Of a stretch of 64,000 nucleotides of DNA, positions 41,418 to 55,408 are shown in pieces; positions within the stretch are counted from its first letter, which is position 1; the number at the start of each line of letters is the position of its first letter. Below the pieces are notes generated by a model. It had not been told where the DNA came from. It did not search any database and worked only from the letters and a program-made list of their open reading frames with translations. This stretch comes from Chrysomallon squamiferum (taxonomy: Eukaryota; Animalia; Mollusca): assembly GCA_012295275.1 (NCBI GenBank), contig CM022671.1, forward strand, positions 1,240,001-1,304,000. Reading direction: 5' to 3'. A program made the position numbers and the translations under genes.

Positions 41418-42544
41418 CTGAAACAATCACATTTATGTAAGCAATTACAAAAGTCATAAATAAAAATTGGTTTAACACCCTAATACAACTTCGTATTAAC
41501 AGTTTTTTAACTGTACTGTGAGTGGAAACCTATTATAGCAACAGGGAATTTTTTATACGAAATCTCACAAATACAATAACAAATGCTATGACTGACTTTG
41601 TCTCTTTGATAGTAAACCAGTTGTCGGATATTGGCTGGAAAAAACAGATACTGAAAAAGCCTCAAAAAAATATTATGTAAAATTGCATGAATTTCATTAA
41701 ATCCCTGAATAATTAAATTTCATAAAAAGTGAATAATAAGATGAATTGTAAATTCACTGACACCTTTCTGCCATAAAAAGTAAACGGATTGCTCAGTTTT
41801 GTTTGCATTATTTACACCAGTGGCAAACTGATTGCAAAAACATTTTTAACCATTTAGTCATTATGATCACTGGTATCTTATAACTGCTGTGAGAAAGAAT
41901 TCAACTAAATTGCAAATTTAATGATTATAATTAAAATCTTGACTGCCAAAGTTAAAAAAACAAAAACAGAAGAAAACATTATTTTAAATTTCAAGGTTTA
42001 CAAGTTACCTCAACATATCAATGGAGCTCAATATCCACATCTTTTTATTTATACATTTAACTTCTTTATTTATTTGGTCACTATTAATGAACACAAAAGA
42101 GGTATCTTATTATTAGCGTAACCATAACATGATTATATGTGTAAGTTTGGAAGACAGCAAGAAATGTAATTATTATAAATTCTCCATGTTTCGCAATATT
42201 AATACCACACTGTATACCCCTAAAGTGTTACTGCTAATGCATTAACAGATTATTAATTTTCAGTCTACAAAATATGCATAAAACCAAGTTACTAAGATAA
42301 AAATTGCTTTAATTTGAGAAAGCATGAACATAATCAGTTAAATAAAATACTGTCAGTATGTATAAATAAATAATAATTTCCTTTGTAACTTTTCAATTCA
42401 ACAGTAAAATAATATTGCTTTTGGAAATGCATAATTGGAATTAATGTGTGTTTATAATCTCCCAAATGATTTTTCATCATAATACAGATATTATATTCAT
42501 AAAGTATATTATTAATAAATGATGGTTAACATATTTTGTTCTGT

Positions 42545-43488
42545 TCAGTCCATGTATTCAATCACAAGAGACTGATACTGGATGCCATTCTCTGCCAAAA
42601 TGTCCTCAGCATCTGCTTCTATTTTTATAGTTTGAAAAGAAAGAGTAGGGCATTCTGAATCTGGTTTTGTGTGATTCTCTTTAACATGCTTTTTCACTTG
42701 AAAAGGACGAGCAAAACATCTATCACAGAATTTACACTGAAATAAAAGATCATGACTGTGAGTGATTTTATGTCGAGAGAGATGAGAGGATGTCTGAAAG
42801 TCACGTGAACACACATCACACTTGTACGGTCTCTCTCCTGTGTGAATTCTTTCGTGGTTCTGAAGTGAAATTTTCTGAGAGAATCCTTTTCCGCATGTGT
42901 CACATTTAAATGGTTTAGTTCCCAGATGAAGACGTTTGTGAATCAACAGACTTGACACATGTGCCAGTCGGACTCCGCAGACGTCACACACATAGTTCTT
43001 TGTCTTCGTGTGCACCACAGTGTGCCGGTCTATGTCTCGCTTGCGGTAACTTTTAAAGGAACACAAGCTGCAGAAAAACTTGGGTTCCATGTTTTTGCTT
43101 TTGCCGAGATGGACTCGGTTGTAATGAAGATACAATCCCTTTCTGTCGTAAAATCTAGAAGGGCACGAATCACACAAAACATTTTTCTCACCCAAATGCC
43201 GCAGCTGGTGAGATTTTAGATATTTTTTTTTCACAAATATTTTCCCACAAGTCGGGCATGAAATGGCTGAGTTAGTTTTGGATTCGTGTGTTCGCTGATG
43301 CTGAATAAGAGCAGGTTTTGTCTTTATTCTTAGTCCACATACTTTACATACGTTTTCATTAGCCTGAACTGGGTGAACAGTGATATGATCCACATATTTA
43401 CTCATCTCTTCAAAATGTAAATTACAAACCGCACAAACAAACTTCAATTGAGATGTATCTGAATTTTCACATTTGTCAGTGGAATTGT
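42545..43488 (-). CDS. C2H2 ZF gene 2, terminal exon I (9 fingers)
   Basis: Acceptor TTTTTTCAG|43488 is phase 1; join to donor 43867 gives 663 aa; TGERPY and LGTKPF linkers; stop at 42545. Confidence 0.88.
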
Positions 43489-43866
43489 CTGAAAAAAGAT
43501 AACTTGATGTTACTATTTATGTTGTGGAATTTTCAGGATTGAATCATCATCTTATCGTTGTTGTTATGCATTATGATATACAGTGCTTAGTGTTTGAATA
43601 ATTTTAATCCTACTTCATCATACTGTATAGAAGCCTGCACAGTTCTTACTTTTTGAACTTACCTCTTGCCATATGTGTATTCATTCAGTTTATCAATACA
43701 AAATAAATTTCCATGTCAGAAGATGAATCAATTATATAATATTCATTAATCTTTAACAAAGAATGAGAGAGGAAAGCAAAACAATTAAAAAGCCAACAAC
43801 ATGAAAATAAAAAGGGACAAAGAAAATAAATAGCATTACAAAAAGAATACTTCTTTTTCTTCTTAC

Positions 43867-45424
43867 CTTCGTTTTCAGTTTGAAATTTTTCTATTTTGAT
43901 ACTAGTACAGTGTTTATTTGTCACACTAGACATTTGTTCTGCTTGTTCTCGTACACTTTCTTTTTCTTCAGTAATGTTGAATTTTTTCTTTGTTGGTTTT
44001 TCTGAAAATTGTCTTATTGATTTCAGTGACTTAAGGCCAGCTTTTCTTCCTCGCTTAACTGAAAATTGTTTTGAAGATTTATATTCTGTTTTCCTTTCAG
44101 TAATTTCTGAGCCCTTTTGTTCAGGAGATCCACTGTCCTCGGCTAAATCTGCAGCATCATCATCTGCTGATTTAGTTGAATTATCTTTTGACGTCGTTTT
44201 GAAAGATTTCTCATCTGCAGTTACAGATGATAATTTTACTGCTTTGTTTGAAGTATGTTTTCCTGATTTCAATCCAGCATCTTCAAGACCAACAAACTCC
44301 TGAGAACTAAGCTTCACAGGTAGTCTTGTATGTCTGCCAGATCTTCTGACTCCACTAGTATCTCTTTTTTCCCTTTTACATCCTTTTTTCACCACATCAT
44401 CAGTATTGTCAGTATGTTCCGATGAACTAACCAGTATTGCAGAATGAATTGTACTCGGTGTTTTTTTCATCTCTGTATTTTCTAAACTGTTATCTGTATC
44501 CTCTGAAGATGCTACTGTTTGAGTTAACAGAAGTTCAGCATCAGAAGAATTACACACACCTGCTCTTGTTTCAGATTCAAAAGAACTAGACAAAGCTGTG
44601 GAATTTATTTCAGTTTTCACTCCACTGGTATCCTCCACATGACTGTTTCCTGGGTCAGATTTTCTTCCTTCCAGAACAGAATTACTTTCCAGTCCACAAG
44701 ATATGACTGTGAAAAGTTTGCTGAAGAAGTCGTTTATAACAGATTTTTCCGGACTTTTCTCAGGAAGTCTGATGTAATCTTCAAATGATTTTATACTGAA
44801 ATAATTCAAAGAAAAAATATTTTAAAACTAAATATAACCAAAGAATGTTTAGGGCTACCGAGAGAACAAATTATAAATAATGTTTATACAAAAATGTTTT
44901 TTAATGTAATTTTTAATGATAAACACAACTCAATTTTATATAAGAAAATGTTTCCTTCAAATAAATACTTTGTAATAATCTCTAGAATTTCAGAACTGTA
45001 TTCAAGATTTACAAACATTAAAAATATAATGTAAACTAAAGGTAACATTAACTGATGTTGTAAACATAAATTAGCATTATTCCAGACCAATACTGTAACA
45101 ATTTTATCAAAGAAAAATAAATTTCAAATCATGAGGTCTTTATAATAAATATAGAGTTTTTAATTTTAAATGTATTTAGCTGCTGACAAAAAAGAAAATA
45201 TTAATTTAATAGGCACATTGAAGGCCAGCTACATAACTCAATTATTGACCACATACTAAATATTTTATTACTGAAAACAAAACAAATCTGAAAGCATAAA
45301 GTTACCAGTTATACAGCTGTATAAACAATGACATCTGTTTACTGGCATCAAGATGTGTAACACTCTGTATTTTAGAAAACTCAGCAAGAATATTCTGCTC
45401 AACAAAAATAGCACCAGTCACCAT
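43867..45424 (-). CDS. C2H2 ZF gene 2, shared 5' coding exons (N-terminal domain plus Ser/Lys/Glu-rich linker)
   Basis: Exon 45485-45306 (ATG 45424; MVTGAIFVEQNILAEFSKIQSVTHLDASKQMSLFIQLYN; phase-2 donor) and exon 44795-43867 (phase-1 donor GTAAGA). Probable non-coding first exon ending 46095 (GTAAGT). Confidence 0.82.
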
Positions 45425-47482
45425 AGCTGAAATTCAGTGTTGATTTAGCATTTCAATGCACTTCATCAGCAAGATATCATTCTATCTACAAAAATATAAT
45501 AAGGATATTTAATTGCTAAGATTTTCCATTTGCAAGAATCTATTCACCAGTTATAATTAATGTGTATACGTAACGTATGTGAGTATCTCGATTATCAATG
45601 TGACAGAGCGTAAGTAATAAGTTTATTCAATACTACGTTTATTCAGTTTATTGTATTAGACGAAGTATTGAAGAAGGCTCTGATCATTTGTTTATTTTTT
45701 TACGTTTAAAGTAAATTATCTTCTTATAGACTTATGTCTTTATAAAATTACTTTATGGGTTTCAAAGTAAAATGACATGATAAAATTGAGTTACTTCCCC
45801 TATGTTATAGTATAATTATAGCCAAAACACACACGCACACATGCACGAACGCCAGTGCACATAGGTTTATACATCAAAATCTTAATGACTTTTAACTGCA
45901 GTGCATGCAAGTATTTAAATACAGATAAATACATAAAATACATCAATTGTGTTATAAGTTTTGTGTCATTTCTTAACCATCGATGATCGAAAGTCTTCAT
46001 ATTTTGACTTCAGTAAAAAATTGTATGATATATTCCCAGAAAATATAAGTATTATGAAAAACAACAACACAACTTAATATCCGAATACACTTACCCAGTT
46101 TTTAAAATGAAAAGCACGGTTTAAAATTCAATAGATCTAGAACTCCATTCCTTTAAAACCTACCAAATGCAAGATTGTTCTGTTATTTTCCACCTTGAAT
46201 TATTAGGCACCGGAAAAATAAATTATAACGAACGTTAGTGATAATGGTTGTTCAGAATAGTTCAATATTGTAAAATGTCCTCTTTTCGACGGTTATTTCG
46301 AAATTTTTAATTCACTTTGTTATATATCAGGAATGTTACTGTTTTTATTAATATTAATTTATTGCTGTTATTATTTCCCCATTACTTTGTTGTTCACAAT
46401 AATCTCTGATGCAGATCACTCTGCTAGAATGAAACCTAAATTAAATAATATTAATTATAAATAATAAAATATTAATCTATAATAACATATTTTTTAAAAA
46501 ATGCTTTGTAAATTAATTTATTATTCGTCTTTAATAAGTTTTTAAAATAAAAATAACATATCTGTTTCCTGTGAAACTCAACTTTGTTTTTTTTTTCTTT
46601 AGTTGATGTTTGGATTTTTTAAATCATCTGACAGTCATTGCTTCTATGCTTACAGTCAGTGAGTAAGTAATTAATTTAAAATGAACAAAAGAGAAAACTA
46701 CTAACCAATAAAATAGAACAAATACTCTGTCTAAAGCTATGTATAATAATTCATATTTATTATTTAATGTCTGTGTGTATATACTTTCTGTGTTCACTGA
46801 TAAAATGTATATCGAGGAACACTGCATACAAAATGCAATTTGAGTTTTGTTTTGTTTTGTTCTGATCACCTGCTATTTCATTTTACATTCTATTACAGGT
46901 AAGAGATTGAATTAATCCTTGTTTGGTTGCCATTTCATTTTCCAGCCTGTTCCCTTTACTGACAACATATCTATAGGAAAAATAAAAGATTCTTATTTTT
47001 AATCAATTGGACAGCAATGGGTTTTTTCTCTCTTGCAGTCATTTACATGAAACAGGCCTTGACAAATTAACATCATGTTGTGTTAAACATTCACTCTCTT
47101 GGCTGATTTTGTGTGTCATAAAAAAAAAAAACTGAAGAAAAATACTGTTCATATAAAATTTATCCTCCATTCTTTTTATTTGTCTGAAAACTGATAACTG
47201 TATTGCCAATACTTGGATAAAACAACAGACTTTAAACTTTATCAACAATTTTATTAACATTTGATTTTATGACAAGTTAATTTTTTTTTTTAGGTCTTAA
47301 TGCACTATTAACACAGTTCTCCGACATTTTTGGGGTAGTTTTTAAACCATTTAACAGGCTACAAGTTCTGCAGTTATACAATTTCAATGTACAGATAAAT
47401 CTAAGTTTGTCTTTGTTAAAAATTTAAATAAAAAAATAAATAAAAAAAAACAATAACAAAAACCCCAAACAGCAACAACAAG

Positions 47483-47533
<51 letters not shown>

Positions 47534-50068
47534 TGATAATAAAAATAAAATGTTATTATCAACTAGCATTAAACTTGTGCACATGAACAATTGTTTCTTT
47601 CTACCAGTGGAGCCTAGACTCAATCATTTACTTATTGGTCAAATTATCAATATATTATAAACCTGCTTAAAAAATATATAATAAAAAAAAAAAAAAAACC
47701 TGCTTCTTGATAATAAGTAACTATGCACTGCATGTTAACAAATATTTAACTGATTTGACATTTACATAAATATATGAACATAAATTATTACTTTAAAATA
47801 ACATCAACTCATGAATCTACATAATATGTAATAATGAATATGTCATTCTCTCTGAAAGTATGTAATTAGTTTCATTTGGCACATATTGGCCCAGTTCCCT
47901 TAGGGTGAATACTTTTATTTCTTTGAATCTGATTTTGCTTCTAAGACCTTGCCAGAAATGAAAGCCATGCATATAAATCAAATACATCAGTGTAAGATGT
48001 AAAGATAAACACAGTTATGAGATATTTTTATTTGAATTCAGAATTATAAAATAAATACAATAAAGAAATCCTTTTTAATGGAAGATAATCCCATGCATTA
48101 TACTCTCCCATTATAACAGCTTCATCTTTTTCTGGAACCTTCACAAAAAAATTAGTTGAGACTGTAGCAAACTATCACAGACTTATGTTTGGTGAATGTA
48201 TTGAAAAATGTTATTATTTTAATAAGATGATATCTTCAATGACATTTATTAAGCATATAAAATGAAGAGGAAGAAAAAACACGAACACATATAGATCTTT
48301 TGCAGCCTACTCTGTTTAATGTAAAAAATATAATGTGAAGTCAGCATCAGCAAAATAATAAGAATGATGTAAAGAGACATTACAACTTCTTTCTGGAAAA
48401 AGATAATAAACACACTGCAATATAATGTGACCAAATCATACTCGGAAGAAACGGATAAAAAATTGTGAAGCTAAGAAATGTCTTTATGGAAAAAAATAAA
48501 AAATAAAGAATGATGTTTTACAAGAAGGAAAGAAATAGAGAATATTGTGGCAGATTCTATCAGAAAATGAAATCAAAGATAACAGCACTCATGTGTGGAT
48601 TTGTTTTCTCACTGAAAATAGCAGTAATGCTTTCACCTACATGGCTGTAAGTACATTGAGGCAAATAAGGCAAATGGCTCATACTGAAACTGATAATTAT
48701 TATTTTTTATGTTGATTTTTTTGGTTTAGACAGATTTTATTTAAAAAATATAAAAGATGTCAGGAAATGGCAAGAATTGAGGATTTTGCATCATATTGTG
48801 TTGATGTCACTAATTTATTTTATTTTATTTTACTGTTTGCTCTCTGGCTCCTTTACTAAAGACAAAGGAAACCTCCCCAAAAAGCAACAACAAAAAACTT
48901 AAACCTTCCAAAAACATGCATAAAATAACAATACTGCAGATAACTACATTGTTTTCAATAAAAACAAGTTGAGTACAATAACTGAAACTTAATTTTCACA
49001 TCCAGCTTGATTTCCTTGGTATCATCATCCTGCTGTTTCTGATGTATAAAAGTGACAGGTGTAAAAGCAGTAGACTCAGAAAAATACAAGACTAAAAAAG
49101 TAACAGATTATGCAGGATGTTATCCAGGCATGTATACAAATATATATCTCATCAAGTTAATTATTTTCATAATTTTGTGTTTCTGTGTTATAATTTGGCT
49201 ATAATATTCCATTCACATAATTATAAAAATGATAACAGAAGTTTTCTCACACCTATCAGTAATTTATGTGTCTGATTATCCTAATATGACTCGTTTATGT
49301 GTTAAATATTTGTCAAAAATCAATTTTTTTTGTAATTTTAATAACCCAGAAATACTTTGGAGTCAGTATTTGGAAACACTTTCAGTTTCACACTAGATCT
49401 GGAAACACATCCACACCAACAAAATTTCAAATACCTAAGGCAGCAAAGTAGACTTGCCGCTGGCAAAGAGAAAATACAGACAACATAATTTGGGACCCAT
49501 ATACATATAAGCTTCATCTATATTTTTGTGAATAATAATTTATAATTTATTATCAAAGGTAAACAATGTTTACACTATAATTTACCAAATTATGATTTAT
49601 CTCTACTTTCAAATAGTGCATTTTCACCCACCCAAGAACACATCAATTAATTATATTGACTGTTTCAACCATCCCTGTTTTGTGTACCTTGATTAGAAAT
49701 CTATGTAAAACAAAATACCTCTGACAAAAACTATCATAGGTTTTATTAAAATAGTCAAATGTTTGCTCTAATAATAAAAATAAAACAATAGTATTAGTAG
49801 TAGCAGAACAGTAGTTGTTATAGTGGAAGTGATAGTAGCAATAACAATAATAATAGCAATGATGATAATGATAAAAACAATAAAAACAATAAAAATAATA
49901 AAAGATGCCAGGAAATGGCTAAAATAAAAGGAAAATATTAATCTGTAATAATAAATATAAAGTAGGAGGTTAAACCATACACAGATTGATCTCATGAGAA
50001 ACACATTAAATGATTATCTGAGTTTTGATAGTCAAAGTTTTTAATCCTACAATCACACTTGTAAATGT

Positions 50069-53000
50069 TTATCCAGCCTCTTCTGCTTTTTCAGTTTCCT
50101 CCACATTAGCTGGCTCATCGTTCTCTAAACCATCCCCACTGCTGTTCTCCAACTTCTTATTTTTATCACTGCTGTTATCAACACTTCTATCATTGTTCTT
50201 ATCATCATTATCAACAGCTTCTTCTTCTTCTTCTTCTTCTTCCTCTTCCTCGTCATCAACAGCATCTTCCAAATCACTTCCACTGTAGTAAATGTCATCT
50301 TTGGCTTCCTCTTTGCAGTGGAATTTGGTGATGTGTTTTGTGAGGTGTCTTTCCAGGTAGAAGCTCATGTCACACTGTGGACAGCTGTGGCGTTTCTTTA
50401 TCACATTTGTTTTGGGGTTGGAGTTAGAACTGGATGTATTCTTCTGTCGGGAGTGAATTTTCATGTGTTGTCGTCTGCTGGAGAGTTTTAGAAATGTCTT
50501 ATGGCAGATGTGACAGGTAAATCTTTGTCTAGTTCTGAGACCTGGAAGAGAGGTAATAGTTACCTAATATTATCAACAACTATTAAAAAATAGTAAAAGT
50601 TATGCTTATAATGTGCTTTATTATTTGTAAAATACTGCTTTGTTAAAAGATTGAAAGTTAAAAAAAAAAAGATACTTAGGCTATTAACTAAATTACCTGG
50701 TAACTAATTTAACATCAGTTTTCAATAAACCATGCAAAAAAACACAACAATAAAACCTAAAAAACCAAAACAAAACAACAACAAAAAAGCCTAAAAGAAA
50801 TTCTTTTTTTTTTTTTTTTTTTTGATGCATCATAATGTTATCAGTACAACAAAGTATATCATGCTTCAACAGCAATGGACAGATGGAATGATTTTTTGTA
50901 TTTTATAGTTAAAAAAGATTGTTATATCTGGAGTCAACAAAACATAAAACCAGCAAGTGCTTACCACTTTTATCAACTTTTCTGTCACATACGTTTTGTT
51001 TGACATGCTTGTTATATAGATCCTTTCGGTAAAATGATTTACAACATATGTCACACTGAAAGGGCTTTTTCCCAGAATGCAATTGCATATGCCGTGATTC
51101 ATTTGATGCATTATGAAAATGCTTATGGCATATTTCACAAGTAAAACCACTATCTTGATGTATTTCTGAAAGTTACAAATACAAAGCACTTGTTGATTCT
51201 GTTTTGTTCCACCATTTGTATTCAAATAACGATAATCCAAATATTTCACTCAATGAATGAGAATACTTAATGATATTTTGGCATGAAACAGTACACCAAC
51301 TATTACTGAATGTTACCAGTAAGTGTGTAATTAATATTTTAACTGGCCTAATAAAAATTTAAAAATTAAATTTAAAAAGTAATCTGATAAATGAAAATGT
51401 AAAACAGTTATTTATTATAATTGTTTTTAAGGAACTCAGTTAAAATGCAGTGATTATCACTAGAGAATGGGGCAATTTGGGGTAATTGTTTTCAAAATAT
51501 ATTTTATATATACATGCATACAAATGCAACATATTGTTTGTCCAAAATTGTTTATAACCAAAAGAATAATTTGTGAAAGGGAAATCCTCTAGTTCGTTAG
51601 TTTTGTAAATGAATTAAAAATAAATTCTCCCCTTCCCAAAACAATAAATATAATGACAAAAGTTAAATAATAATAATAATAATAATAATAATAATCATAA
51701 TATTAATCATAAAAATACTGAAAAATATTAAAAAATAAATAAATAAATAAATAAAAAAATAAATAAAAAAAATAAAAAAGAAGAACCAATAAAATAAGTA
51801 GGACAAGAGTACATTTTCTCACCTTTTTTAACAATCTTTTCACAGAGGTTTGCTGCCAGGTGTCTGTCGTACACATCTTTACGATGAAAAGATTTATGAC
51901 ATTTTTCGCACTTGAATGGTGTCTCCCCAGAATGCAGTCGCATGTGTCGTGCTTCGTTAGATGCGTTTCGAAACCATCGTTTACAAATTTCACACTTGAA
52001 GCCACCATCTTCTTTTCTCTGCAGACGCTTTATTTCTGAAAATCAATGCAATTTATTTGATTAGTTATTTTAAATAAACATTCAGCTTCTTTTCTGAAAA
52101 TAATGTAAACCATTTGTTCCCTACTTGCTTTAAGTGCATGTATATCTGTAATATTTTTATATCTTTATATTTGTTAAAAGAAGCAAAGGGTTTCCTGTAT
52201 ATAATCACAACTTACTGACGCACAATACACCTTGCAAATATCCTGCCACTTCCCGCCAGAAAATGGAATAAACAGGTAACTACAACAAACTTGGTAAAAC
52301 ATTTCTATAACATGTTTATAAATAATTTCAGGAGCTTACTTTTTACACAGATGTCTTCTTTGATGTGTTTGGTGTAACTCTCCTTCCTATTAAACTGTTT
52401 GTGGCACTTCTCACACTGCCAGGGTCGTTCTCCTGTGTGAGTTCTCATGTGTCTGGCTTGATGGGAGAAATTTCTGTACCAGCGGTGACAGACCTCGCAA
52501 GTAAACCCGTCTGGCCTCTTCTTTCTCGAAGGACGGGGTTCTGAAAGAAAGCAAGAACGAAATAGGTAAGTTGTGGCACATGCAGATATATGATCTTCAT
52601 GCACAGATATCAATCACACATGCACTTGACTCCATATTGTAATGTATTTTGAATACTTTTAGATATATAGGTAAAAAAAATAAAAAAATAAAAAAAGTAA
52701 ATCAATCCTGCCTTTGTTTATTTTCAAGTAATTATATAAAATACATTTAAAATAATAAAAAAAAGTAATATTTTAACTTTAAAAGAAAGAAAGTGGCTTC
52801 TACCTCAAGACATTCCACATCTATATATATTTTCAAGTAAATATTTTAACTTTTTGTTCACATCATTTGAGGAACACATTAAATTAATTCTGCTGTGAAG
52901 TTCCTACCTGTGTGTATTTTCATGTGCAGTTGTCTGCCTTCTTCTCTGGCAAAACATCGACCACACTCATCACAAGAAAATGGTTTCTCTCCGGTGTGTG

Positions 53001-53585
53001 TTCTCATGTGTATTTCTTCATAACAAGGCCTTCGAAACCACTTGTGACAAATAGTGCATGTAAACCCAGACTGCTTCTTCTTCTTTCTCTTCTTTGGCAC
53101 TACCAGACCTAGGTGTAAATAAAAACATGCAGGTTAAGCATTAAATTATATTCAAAAATATTTTTTTCAATTGTCTGTAACAGGTAACTGTCTGCTAGTT
53201 TTGATTCAAATTTAATATAATTAGTATAAATGCACTATCAAGCAATATGTATGATCTAATATATGTAATGCATAATTAACACACACACACACACACACAC
53301 ATTTATTTTGTATCAAATTTTCGAAATAAATTCATTGTTTCAAAAGTGCAAAATCCAGAGTAGTGAAACACTTCCACAATTTCCTTATTTTAGTTTTCTT
53401 ACCTGCATGTATTTTGAGGTGAAATTTCAAATGATCCTGTCTCTGGTAAGCTTTTCCACACTGGTCACACTTAAACGGTCTTTCCTTTGTGTGCACGTAA
53501 GCATGTCGCCTGGCATGTGAAGCACGGTATATGTCTTTATTGCAGATTGTACAGTAGAAAGACCTTGCCAGACGTATAAAAATAC
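50069..53585 (-). CDS. C2H2 ZF gene 1, multi-exon terminal module (6 exons, 2 fingers each, acidic tail)
   Basis: Exons 53585-53403, 53108-52908, 52540-52340, 52035-51823, 51165-50965 (all phase 1-1; 183, 201, 201, 213, 201 nt) and 50541-50069 (stop; poly-Glu tail). Joined to donor 60610 gives 756 aa. Confidence 0.82.
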
Positions 53586-54204
53586 CTAAAAAAGATAATA
53601 AATGTAACAATTTAAAAATAATTAAATCCTTAAAACATGTAATTAGACTCTGACTGACATTTTAATTAATGACAAATTCGATCACCAAATGAGAAAAAAG
53701 TAAAGTTTACAGCACTCCATTATCCTCTGGGCTACTTTTTAGTGTATTTGTGATAAAAAAATCCCTTTTTTTATCTATTTCCTTGGGGACTTTGTTCAGA
53801 ATGGATACCAATCTGTCATAATAAAGTACAAATTAATAATTTGCATGGAAGATGTTATTCTTCTATTTTTGTGAATAGGTATGTATATATGTGTATGTGT
53901 GCTGGAGAAAGACTTTCTTTTGTATGCATATGTGTGTGTGTGTGTATATATAGAATATAACTTACAGATTGAGTATTTACAGTTTTGCAGCATTTACCAT
54001 CTTTCACACTCTATTTTTCTTTATTTTCAAAAGTTTGTTTTATCTGTGTAAGGAAGATCTTTTATATGTGCCTATCTAGAGGCATGAAAGTACATTGAAC
54101 ACTCTAATAGTAAATGTAAATGAGTGATTATAATCTGGCTTATTGGATGGGCTGTTCTTTGCTTTAGCACAATATACAATAACCAACAGTATTAGAAATG
54201 AACA

Positions 54205-54240
<36 letters not shown>

Positions 54241-54635
54241 TTGTATATGTATATTTGTTTTTTTAAAGAAAACACAGTAATAATAATAAAAAAGTAAATA
54301 AATAAAAAATAAAAAAATGTTTTAATTTACTTTGTACTGGGTATTCAGTTCATTTAACAAATCAGCACAAACACTGTTTTTACACACCTCATAATATTTA
54401 TTATGTTTAGTGTAATAAAACACACACTTTTAAATATTGTTTAAAAACAGATTCATTTACATTTTTCCAAAACTAACAATGTAAAGAAATATTTGATGTT
54501 TTTCTTGGATGAAAACTGTCTGAAAAACTAGAATGACCCAAAGATGTTTTTCAGCATGCAGTACAATGTCTTCAAGTTTCTCCCAATCCATCCTAACAAG
54601 AGAAAATAAATGTCTCAAGAAATTATATATAAAAA

Positions 54636-55174
54636 TTAATTTATAGTCTTCATCACATGAACAGACCGGAGATGTCTGAAGAAATTTGACCGACATGAAA
54701 ACGTTTTTCCGCAGGTGGCACACATGTAAGGCATCTCTCTTGTGTGAGTCACTAGGTGTGTCGCAAGTTGTGACGACTGAATAAACTTGCGTCCACAGGT
54801 CTTGCACTGGTGAGGTTTGATCCCTGTGTGCTGGAATCTGTGCCGTTTGAGTGAGCTCTGAAAGGAAAAGCAGAGTCCACACACTTCACAAACGTGGTTC
54901 TTTGTCCCTGAGTGAGTTATGTAGTGATCTCTCAGATGCATTTTGGTTCGAAACGGTCGGTTACAAACACTGCACCGGAATGGTTTCACTCCCAGGTGAA
55001 TGAGAATGTGTCTTGCCAGTGTGTCCTTTCTTGTGAATTTCTTACCACACTCATCACATTTAATTTCTCTAAGACATGCTTTCTGGTGCTGTTTGATTGT
55101 TCTCTTTCGGTAACAAACTTTGTTGCATTTGCTGCAAGTATATTCAGTTCTGTGTACTTTCTGGTTGGTTTTGT
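54636..55174 (-). CDS. C2H2 ZF gene 1, alternative terminal exon B (6 fingers)
   Basis: Acceptor TTTCACAG|55174 is phase 1 and extends the 117-aa ORF upstream by two more fingers; stop at 54636; join to 60610 gives 445 aa; AATAAA at ~54402-54397. Confidence 0.82.
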
Positions 55175-55358
55175 CTGTGAAAGATACAAAATAAATATGA
55201 TTAGATGTTTAAAAACACTATTCATACATATGACACAGATACTTCAAAAAAATTACCTTTACTGAAATTAAAAACAACAGCTTTTTCTTGGTTAAATTTT
55301 GAGTTAAATTTTATTTACCTTTCATGTGTATCTAATAAAATAATATATATATATGTAA

Positions 55359-55359
<1 letters not shown>

Positions 55360-55404
<45 letters not shown>
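55360..55404. repeat. (TG)n microsatellite
   Basis: Pure TG run. Confidence 0.95.
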
Positions 55405-55408
<4 letters not shown>

